A stretch of DNA of 64,000 bases, from contig NYTS01000021.1 of NCBI GenBank assembly GCA_002683655.1, positions 32,966 to 96,965 of the forward strand, given 5' to 3'. The notes beneath the pieces are model-generated. The model made no database searches and had not been told where the DNA came from. It saw nothing but the letters and a program-made list of their open reading frames with translations. The stretch comes from Deltaproteobacteria bacterium (GTDB lineage: Bacteria; SAR324; NAC60-12). The stretch's first letter is position 1. Each line of letters opens with the position of its first letter. Below, in pieces: positions 56,926-64,000 of the stretch. The translations under genes were made by a program, and so were the position numbers.

Positions 56926-58668
56926 TTACTTCGCATTCGTGATGTAAACATTACCCCAGTACCAGTCGTTACCCCAGTGCTTTCCAGAAATCCCATTGGA
57001 ATCTGGCACTCGGAAACTGTCTCCCTGGACATATGGCTTGAAGAGGTCTCCCTGCCAGCGATGGGCAATAAAGACTCCGCCAACATCATCGACCAGAATC
57101 TTTTGGGCATCACGGAACATCTGCTCCCGCTTCTTGTCATCTCCCACCAGGTTACTAGCCTCAGCAACCATGCTGTCGAACTTATCGTTTGTCCAGGAGT
57201 GTCTTCCTGAAGAAACCCAGATTCCCAACAAGTTCGAAGGATCCAGAAAATCCATTCCATAGGAAACGGCACCTAGAGTCAGCTGTGTCGGTTTGGCGTT
57301 GAGGGCATCCATGTAGACCTTTCCGTCCTTGTTGGAAACCTCAATCTTGATGTTCAGACACTGTGCAATCGAAGCGGCAGAAGCCTGATAGACAGCGCTC
57401 ATCGCAGGACCCTCTCCACGAAGCCACATCTCCTGGGCTGGGAATCCTTTCCCATCAGGATAGCCTGCATCAGCCAAGTGTTTCTTGGCCTTCGGGCAGT
57501 CGAAGGTCTGGTATTGCTTCAACTCATCCTTGGTGTCCGAAGCAGGATAACCCGGCATCAACATGGAATGTGCAGGCATCGCTTTGATCTCACCATAGAC
57601 GTTCTTGACGATAGCATCACGATCCAAGGCGTAGGCGAAGGCTTTGCGAACATTCAGATCATTGAAGGGGGCCGTGTAGGTATCGAAGAGCAGATAATCC
57701 GTACGGAAATCTCCAAAGTGTCGGAGATAGTTGTTCTTCAACACGGGATCACTCTCAATGACCTTGAAGTCTGCTGGAGTCAGCCGCTCATAAGGGACCG
57801 TATCTACTTCACCCTGTTGAAATGCAGTGAAGAAGGTTGCTGGAGACATGTAAATGCCCTCGATCCGTTGCAAACGAGCCGGACGATACCCTTTGTAATT
57901 TGGGTTGGCTTCCACAACGATTCTGTTACCTGGATCAAACTCTGTCAGCATGTAAGGCCCTGCAGAGACAGAGGTTTCGGGATCGTTGTTGTAATAGGGC
58001 CCGTGCGCTTCCAGAGCTTTCTTGGAGAGCAAGAAGGCAAACTTCATCACACCAGGCAGGGGCGGGAAGACCCCTTCGGTTTCTACTTCCAGTGTCAGGT
58101 CATCAACGGCTCGAATACCCAGCGCAGAGGTGGGCATTTCCCCGGCAATTACCTCGCTCCAGTTCTTGATTCCACCTGCTCCAATAAACGAATAGAACCA
58201 GGTAAAGTCCCAGGCACTGGAGGGATCTGCTGAGTAACGGAAGGTTGCTTCATAATCCGCAGCAGTCAATGGAGTTCCATCACTCCACTGGAGGCCCTTG
58301 CGCAGTTTGAAAGTCCAGACTTTCCCACTTGCATCGACAGACCAGCTCTCTGCAGAGGCAGGAATGACATTGAAGTCCTTGTCCAGATCAACCAGTGTAT
58401 CCTGGAAGAGGTCCGCAATGCACTCGTAGCGCTGATAAACCGCTACAGCGAAATCAAAAGTTACTTCATTGCGAGTGTTGTCGCATGGTACACGAAGCAC
58501 CTGCTGGTCTGTGGGTGCAGCATCCTTGGGCAGCCCATGCCCACCTGCTAGAACAGCGGAGGGCGTTAGGAAGAGGGCAGAGAGTAGGGTTGTTCCTCCA
58601 ACAATTTTCTTACTGTACTTGAGAAAACGACGCCAACCAGACGTCCGCTTGGACTCATTCAACTTCAT
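56926..58668 (-). CDS. Family-5 periplasmic substrate-binding protein (DppA/OppA-like)
   Basis: Signal peptide; 580 aa with the SBP_bac_5-type pattern. First gene of the operon. Confidence 0.85.
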   Translation of the reverse strand: MKLNESKRTSGWRRFLKYSKKIVGGTTLLSALFLTPSAVLAGGHGLPKDAAPTDQQVLRVPCDNTRNEVTFDFAVAVYQRYECIADLFQDTLVDLDKDFNVIPASAESWSVDASGKVWTFKLRKGLQWSDGTPLTAADYEATFRYSADPSSAWDFTWFYSFIGAGGIKNWSEVIAGEMPTSALGIRAVDDLTLEVETEGVFPPLPGVMKFAFLLSKKALEAHGPYYNNDPETSVSAGPYMLTEFDPGNRIVVEANPNYKGYRPARLQRIEGIYMSPATFFTAFQQGEVDTVPYERLTPADFKVIESDPVLKNNYLRHFGDFRTDYLLFDTYTAPFNDLNVRKAFAYALDRDAIVKNVYGEIKAMPAHSMLMPGYPASDTKDELKQYQTFDCPKAKKHLADAGYPDGKGFPAQEMWLRGEGPAMSAVYQASAASIAQCLNIKIEVSNKDGKVYMDALNAKPTQLTLGAVSYGMDFLDPSNLLGIWVSSGRHSWTNDKFDSMVAEASNLVGDDKKREQMFRDAQKILVDDVGGVFIAHRWQGDLFKPYVQGDSFRVPDSNGISGKHWGNDWYWGNVYITNAK

Positions 58669-58940
58669 AAAGTTCCTTCTCTTTCATGGTTTGAGAAATC
58701 TAGCCACGTACGAAGAGGCACTTAATAAAGGAAGTACAGGTTGAAAAGCAATCTTTTTTTGTGAGACGCAAGTTGTTTGAAAATGTAGATTTCACGAACT
58801 TGATTGAGAAATAAAAGTTGACCTCAAATATCATATACGATATTGATGTCGAACATTTTGAATAAGTGAGTTACTAAAAGGGATCTCCATAATGGCATAC
58901 AATTAGACAAATATTCGAATTTATCTGGAGGAATCAGAGA

Positions 58941-60326
58941 ATGGGCGAAAAAAAGAACATCATATTTTTTGGTATCGATTCACTACGTTCAGACCATCTT
59001 GGTTGTAATGGCTACACTCGCAATACCTCTCCTCACATCGATCAGATAGCCCGTGAGGGAGTATGTTTTAAGAACTATTTTAGTCCGAACATCCCAACAA
59101 CTCCTGGATATGCGTCCATGTTGACAGGGTTTGATGTGATCAATACGCAGGTAGTAGCGCTGAGGCACAAGGGCCAGCTTAGGGAGGAAATCCAGACTTT
59201 GCCCGAAATACTTAGAGACCATGGCTACTACACCAGCTGCGTTGGATTTACGGGGAATCCAAGCTCAAGAGGCTTTGATGAATACCTAGACTATTCTGCA
59301 TGGGGGAGCTGGGACGAAGGACGACTGCATAAAGCAGAAAAATTGAACGATGTGGCAATTCCACGATTGAAGGAACTTCTAAAGGGAGAACAACCATTTC
59401 TGCTTTTCTTGAGACATATGGACCCACACGCTCCCTATTTGCCTCCAGCTCCTTTTGAGCGATTATTTTATCAAGGGGATGAGTGTATGGAGGGCAATAA
59501 ATCCATGGAACCTATTTTCAATTTCAAACCTTTTTGTGATTTTCATAAGAGTTGGATGCCACCTGGTATAACAGATAAAGACTACGTAGTGGCACAGTAT
59601 GATGGTGAAATAGCCTACATGGATGCTTGTATTCAAAACATGATTCAGCTCTTAAAATCTCTTGGAGTCTATGACGAAACCCTAATCGTCTTGAACTCAG
59701 ATCACGGTGAAACCTTGTATGAGCATGACTGCTATTTTGATCATCATGGTTTGTATGAATCTAATCTAAAGGTCCCTCTGATCATGAGGCTGCCCTCAAA
59801 ATTGCCAAAAGGGAAAGAGGTAAAGTCATATACTAGCCATGTTGATATTGTTCCTACAATTCTCGACTTACTAGAAATCGATACAAGTGTTGAATATGAT
59901 GGGAAAAGTTTAAAAAATCTTATTGATTTTCATGATCATGACATGGAGCAAGAATTTTATATTACAGAATGTACATGGATGAGAAAACATGGTTGGAGAT
60001 CACCAGAATGGAAGTTAATTGTTGCTCTTGAGCCTGATTTTCACTTCAAGCCAGAAGTTGAATTGTATAATCTGAAAGATGACCCGAATGAGTTAAAAAA
60101 CTTAGCAGAATTACGCCCTGACATGGTCGATACATTAAAAAGGAAGATGGAAGCTTGGTTAACCAAGAGAAAGGAAGAAACAGGATTAGAATCTCCAATT
60201 TATGAGCAAGGGGATTGGCATGGTATTCAGGGGCATGGGGCATTCAAGTCCTCACAAGAGGCATATGATAACCTCTATATCGGTGATGCCAATACAGCAA
60301 AAAGATTACAGGAGAAATCAAGATGA
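58941..60326 (+). CDS. Sulfatase-fold (alkaline-phosphatase superfamily) hydrolase with Thr in place of the formylglycine-forming Cys/Ser
   Basis: IIFFGIDSLRSDHLG N-terminal metal site, NSDHGE metal site, and TTPGYASMLTG (59097-59129) where type I sulfatases have C/S-x-P-x-R-x-x-x-L-T-G. Confidence 0.75.
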   Translation: MGEKKNIIFFGIDSLRSDHLGCNGYTRNTSPHIDQIAREGVCFKNYFSPNIPTTPGYASMLTGFDVINTQVVALRHKGQLREEIQTLPEILRDHGYYTSCVGFTGNPSSRGFDEYLDYSAWGSWDEGRLHKAEKLNDVAIPRLKELLKGEQPFLLFLRHMDPHAPYLPPAPFERLFYQGDECMEGNKSMEPIFNFKPFCDFHKSWMPPGITDKDYVVAQYDGEIAYMDACIQNMIQLLKSLGVYDETLIVLNSDHGETLYEHDCYFDHHGLYESNLKVPLIMRLPSKLPKGKEVKSYTSHVDIVPTILDLLEIDTSVEYDGKSLKNLIDFHDHDMEQEFYITECTWMRKHGWRSPEWKLIVALEPDFHFKPEVELYNLKDDPNELKNLAELRPDMVDTLKRKMEAWLTKRKEETGLESPIYEQGDWHGIQGHGAFKSSQEAYDNLYIGDANTAKRLQEKSR

Positions 60327-60422
60327 CATAGGTCACAATTAATATAAATTCTTAAGAAAGGAGGTTAAAATTTTATATAAGTTTAAAATATTAGATCTAT
60401 TAACTAATTTTTTGAGGTTCAA

Positions 60423-62303
60423 ATGAAACTAGCTTCACTTTTAGCAACAGCTTCACTTTTTCTTGGAACAGCTGTCTCTGCGGCAGAGTACAAAGAAGCA
60501 CCATCCTTAAAAGAAATGGTTTCCAAAGGAGAAATTCCTCCAATCGAACAAAGACTCCCCAAAACACCATTTGTAGTCGAAAAAGGTGTAATTTCACACG
60601 CTGATGAACTCCCAAACTGGCAACCCGGTAAGTACGGTGGAACGATGAGGTTTGGCCATACTAACCCAGGTTGGAATCCTGATGTCTTTATCATGCTAAA
60701 TGAGCATGTACTGATGGCACCTGGAATAAGTATCAAAGATGTTCGTGGAAATGTTTTCAAGGATTTCAAGATAGAAAATGACAACAAAAAGTTTACTTTC
60801 TATCTTCGCGAGGGCCTAAAGTGGTCTGATGGCAATCCTGTAACAACAGAAGATGTTCGATTTGTTTTCGAGGATATATACGGTGATGAAAAATTAACAT
60901 CAGCATATCCGTCTAAATTCAAATCTGGCGGAGATCCAGCTGGTAATCCTGCTAAGATCACCTTTCAAAGTGATTATCAATTCACAATGGAATTTGACAG
61001 CCCTTACGGTTCGTTGATAAGTGAACTCAGCATTAAAGGCTGGCAGGGATACACCGATATGCTAAGACCATCTCATCATTTAAAGAATTATCACCCAAAA
61101 TATACTTCCCTAGCATCCTTACAACCAGAAATGAAGAAAATGGGATTTAAAGATGAGTGGTGGCAATACTTTAACGCAATGGATTGTACGAATTGGGAAT
61201 TGACTCGCCCATGCAGTGCAAACTATCCCTCCCTGTGGGCATGGTTGAAAGTAGAAACTGCTGATGAAATTTTGGAGTTCAAGAGAAATCCTTATTATTT
61301 CAAAGTTGATAGTTCTGGCCAGCAATTACCTTATGTTGGTAGAGTTATTTCACAACAAGTGAATGACACAGAAGCAGTAAATCTTAAGGTTTTGGCAGGA
61401 GAGATTGATTTACTTAGAGAGGATACGGCATTAGTGAAAATGCCATTGTACAAAGAGGCCGAAGATAAAGGCCTTATTCAAACTCATTTGCTGGACATGC
61501 ACGTGAATCCGACAGTCCTTTTCTTCAACTTCACGTTAGCTGATGAAAATGACAAAAAAGTACTCAACAATCTGAAGTTCAGAGAAGCATTGAATTATGC
61601 GATGAACAGGGAAGAAATCCTGGAAAATGTGTATTTTGGTTTTGGAACAATGCCAGAGCACTTATACAAGGGATATGATCCAGCAAAAGCTGAAGAACTG
61701 CTTGATAGCATCGGGATGACCAAAGGCAGTGATGGCTTTCGTATTGGGCCTAACGGAAAAACTTTTGAGTATCGAATTGAGTATGGTGACTACGCTCCAG
61801 ATATCAAATTTGTTGTTGAACTGCTGACTCAGCATTTTGAAGCTGTTGGCATCAAAACGACTAGTAAGATGCTTGAAAACACACTTATGAATGTGACAGG
61901 ACAAAATAATGAACGAAAGCATTCAACAATTCTCTGGGTTCATAAACCGCTCTGGGTTTCTGGAGGATGGAACGACTATCTGCCTTCAACTGGTGGCACT
62001 GGATATGCCCCTTTGTGGCGTCAATGGTATGATTCTAACGGTGCTGAAGGTGAAGAGCCACCTACTGAAATGAAACGTCTGATGAACATCACTAGAGAAC
62101 GTGGAGCATATGTTCCTTATTCTTCTAAAGATGGAAACCTATATGGAGAATTGATGCAAAATATGGGTGATAATCTTTGGATGCTAAACATAGTTGACAA
62201 CGTGAATTATGTTTTGATTACAAATCCAAATATTGGAAATGTTCAACAATCTGGGCAAGCTATCGCCGCTGATAACAGCGGTGAACAAATGTTCTACAAG
62301 TAA
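60423..62303 (+). CDS. Family-5 substrate-binding protein (626 aa)
   Basis: Signal peptide MKLASLLATASLFLGTAVSA; SBP_bac_5-like sequence. GAGG lies 7 nt upstream of the ATG. Confidence 0.85.
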   Translation: MKLASLLATASLFLGTAVSAAEYKEAPSLKEMVSKGEIPPIEQRLPKTPFVVEKGVISHADELPNWQPGKYGGTMRFGHTNPGWNPDVFIMLNEHVLMAPGISIKDVRGNVFKDFKIENDNKKFTFYLREGLKWSDGNPVTTEDVRFVFEDIYGDEKLTSAYPSKFKSGGDPAGNPAKITFQSDYQFTMEFDSPYGSLISELSIKGWQGYTDMLRPSHHLKNYHPKYTSLASLQPEMKKMGFKDEWWQYFNAMDCTNWELTRPCSANYPSLWAWLKVETADEILEFKRNPYYFKVDSSGQQLPYVGRVISQQVNDTEAVNLKVLAGEIDLLREDTALVKMPLYKEAEDKGLIQTHLLDMHVNPTVLFFNFTLADENDKKVLNNLKFREALNYAMNREEILENVYFGFGTMPEHLYKGYDPAKAEELLDSIGMTKGSDGFRIGPNGKTFEYRIEYGDYAPDIKFVVELLTQHFEAVGIKTTSKMLENTLMNVTGQNNERKHSTILWVHKPLWVSGGWNDYLPSTGGTGYAPLWRQWYDSNGAEGEEPPTEMKRLMNITRERGAYVPYSSKDGNLYGELMQNMGDNLWMLNIVDNVNYVLITNPNIGNVQQSGQAIAADNSGEQMFYK

Positions 62304-62311
62304 ATGAAACT

Positions 62312-62334
62312 GGGCTGACTCTCCAAGTCAGCCC
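62312..62334 (+). other. Intercistronic stem-loop after the binding-protein gene
   Basis: Perfect GGGCTGACT-CTCCA-AGTCAGCCC hairpin (9-bp stem) 9 nt after the stop, with no T-tract. This is the typical placement for differential mRNA stability or attenuation between SBP and permease genes. Confidence 0.5.
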
Positions 62335-62343
62335 TTAAATATT

Positions 62344-63342
62344 ATGCTGACTTACACAATCAAAAGGCTGTTTCAACTGATTCCGATACTTTTCGTTATT
62401 TCAGTTGTCGCCTATGCAATTATTGAATTACCGCCAGGAGATTTTGCAGATTTTTATATATCTTCACTTCGGGCAACTGGTGTCACAGTATTAGAAGATG
62501 AGGCGTTAAGGATTAAAGAACAATATGGGTTCAACGCACCTGTTGTTGAACGATATTGGCGGTGGTTGGAAAACATTATTTTTCATGGAAACTTTGGTTA
62601 TTCCTTCGAATATCAAAAACCTGTTAATGAAATTATTGCAGAAAAATTACCTCTCTCAATTGGCCTTACATTTGGAGCGCTAATTATTTCGTGGGCACTA
62701 GCGATACCAATCGGAATTTATTCAGCGATTCATCAGTACTCAAAATTTGACTACTTTTTTACTTTTATTGGATTTTTGGGGCTGGCAACCCCACCATTTT
62801 TGATGGCTCTGATTTTTGCGTGGTTATTTCTTAAATTCTTTGATTACTCAGTGCTAGGATTATATTCACCGGAGTATGTGACTGCACCTTGGAGTTTCGA
62901 TAAATTTATTGATTTATGTAAACATCTTATCTTGCCTGTGATTTTAATTGGACTTCAAGGAACGGGAACAATAATCAGAGTAATGCGCGGCAATCTCCTT
63001 GATGAATTGAAGAAGCCATATGTAATTACAGCGAAAGCAAAAGGTCTAAAATTTCGTGATCTTTTGCTGAAATATCCTGTCAGAATGGCTATCAATCCAA
63101 TCATTAGTACAATTGGTTGGTTGCTTCCAGCATTGATTGCAGGTGAAATCTTAATTTCAATTGTCCTTGGTATACAAACACTTGGCCCAGTTTTATTAAG
63201 ATCTGTACTCTCTCAAGATATGTGGTTAGCTGCGAGTATAGTGATGATTTTAAGCCTACTAACAATCATTGGTTCTTTGATATCTGATCTATTATTAGTT
63301 TGGTTAGATCCTCGAATTAGATTTGAAAGATTAAGTAAATAA
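62344..63342 (+). CDS. ABC permease (DppB/OppB-like)
   Basis: MLTYTIKRLFQLIPILFVISVVAYAIIELPPGD N-terminus and YVITAKAKGL motif. Confidence 0.85.
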   Translation: MLTYTIKRLFQLIPILFVISVVAYAIIELPPGDFADFYISSLRATGVTVLEDEALRIKEQYGFNAPVVERYWRWLENIIFHGNFGYSFEYQKPVNEIIAEKLPLSIGLTFGALIISWALAIPIGIYSAIHQYSKFDYFFTFIGFLGLATPPFLMALIFAWLFLKFFDYSVLGLYSPEYVTAPWSFDKFIDLCKHLILPVILIGLQGTGTIIRVMRGNLLDELKKPYVITAKAKGLKFRDLLLKYPVRMAINPIISTIGWLLPALIAGEILISIVLGIQTLGPVLLRSVLSQDMWLAASIVMILSLLTIIGSLISDLLLVWLDPRIRFERLSK

Positions 63343-63345
63343 TTA

Positions 63346-64000
63346 ATGGGAAGTTTTTCAAATTCTTCATCAGTAATTAATGAAGAAGATAAGAATTTTT
63401 ACTATGCCACCCAGTGGTCGTTGATCCGATCACGTTTCCGGCAGCATCGACTTGCCTCAATTTCGCTTATTTTCCTTGGTTTGCTATATTTATTTGCGAT
63501 TTTCTCAGATTTTCTTGTTCCTTATTCATCTACACAAAGGTTTTCGAAATATAATTTTTCAGCACCTACTTCAATTTATATCTATGATTCAGAAGCTGGT
63601 TTTTCAAGCCCATTTGTCTATGGACAAAAAAAAATATTGGACAAAAAAACATTTTCCTGGAAATACGAACCTGATTTGACCAAGAAAGTCTACATTCAAT
63701 TTTTCACAGAGGGAGAAGAATATAGCTTATTTGGCATCTTCAAAAGTAACATCCATCTTTTTGGAATAGATGAAGAAACGCCAGTATTTCTGTTTGGTTC
63801 AGATCGGCTGGGTCGGGATGTCTTCTCTAGAACAATCCATGGCTCACAGATCTCATTATCGATTGGTCTTGTGGGGGTCAGTTTGAGTTTCTTAATTGGC
63901 ATTTTGCTTGGAGGAGTCTCTGGATACTACGGTGGTTATATTGATGACCTGATACAACGTTTTATTGACTTCATGATTTCTTTGCCAACTATCCCCCTAT
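63346..64000 (+). CDS. ABC permease (DppC/OppC-like), 5' partial; runs off the window
   Basis: Not in the ORF track because it has no stop. My translation from ATG 63346 reads MGSFSNSS...LASISLIFLGLLYLFAIFSDFLVPY...LFGSDRLGRDVFSRTIHGSQISLSIGLVGVSLSFLIGILLGGVSGYYGG, the typical OppC N-terminal domain plus first TM segments. Confidence 0.8.
   Translation, partial: MGSFSNSSSVINEEDKNFYYATQWSLIRSRFRQHRLASISLIFLGLLYLFAIFSDFLVPYSSTQRFSKYNFSAPTSIYIYDSEAGFSSPFVYGQKKILDKKTFSWKYEPDLTKKVYIQFFTEGEEYSLFGIFKSNIHLFGIDEETPVFLFGSDRLGRDVFSRTIHGSQISLSIGLVGVSLSFLIGILLGGVSGYYGGYIDDLIQRFIDFMISLPTIPL

Noticed and set aside
57478-58233. Long antisense ORFs inside well-supported genes (this 251-aa one; also 35505-36074, 37032-37547, 17868-18389, 3264-3704, 20726-21130)
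   Set aside because: They are shadow ORFs opposite strongly supported CDSs. Their composition is low-complexity and Arg/Ser/Pro-rich, with no motifs.
60359-60425. Orphan strong SD (AGGAGG 60359-60364) with an ATT-initiated mini-ORF ending at a TGA that overlaps the SBP ATG
   Set aside because: No canonical start codon lies at a suitable distance. The idea is speculative without ribosome-profiling data.
1-64000. Alternative genetic code (reassigned TGA, TAA or TAG) as the explanation for the in-frame stops
   Set aside because: TGA terminates many full-length, family-typical genes here (e.g. 40690-40692, 41294-41296, 37567-37569, 23514-23516). Standard-code ORFs of up to 1492 aa are intact. 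In-frame stops occur only in loci that also carry frameshifts or sit in a decaying operon.
1-64000. CRISPR arrays, tRNA/rRNA genes, IS elements, integrases, prophage, restriction-modification or known defence systems
   Set aside because: None was recognised in the ORF translations or the intergenic regions. The largest non-coding gaps (254-383 bp) show no tRNA-like or repeat-spacer structure.

Overview
This is a densely coding 64-kb chromosomal segment from a Gram-negative-type bacterium. It has periplasmic solute-binding proteins and an AsmA/DUF748-like envelope protein, and it uses the standard genetic code. I support about 55 protein-coding loci. Reading all ORF translations and every intergenic region larger than about 100 bp, I recognised no rRNA, tRNA, CRISPR array, transposase, integrase, phage gene or known defence gene.

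Housekeeping genes include cca, queE, an FeS-type (6-4) photolyase, a hisC-like aminotransferase and an SRAP/YedK peptidase. They are interleaved with accessory uptake and catabolism genes. There are five ABC importers: NitT/TauT-type, ribose-type sugar, Fe/thiamine-type and two family-5 peptide-type. There are also two DMT transporters, GH63-like and GH78 glycosidases, an ALDH7-type dehydrogenase, small-molecule kinases and an ADP-ribosylglycohydrolase.

I did not find a convincing new defence, toxin or mobile system. The observations most worth a second look are:
- At least seven loci are broken by frameshifts or in-frame stops. The lesions cluster in a ParA-like paralog, one sugar-ABC operon and a GH78 gene.
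- A sulfatase-fold enzyme has Thr in place of the Cys/Ser formylglycine nucleophile. It heads a clearly lower-GC cassette with its own family-5 ABC importer (58.7 kb to the window end).
- A DedA(TVP38)-flavoprotein disulfide reductase fusion is translationally coupled to a CDP-alcohol phosphatidyltransferase.
- A second low-GC ABC cassette sits 6 nt upstream of a high-GC PP2C-like gene.
- An ALDH7 / Asp-Asn-hydroxylase-like / secreted-protein trio forms a likely operon.

All functional calls come from motifs I could read in the translations. No database search was run.
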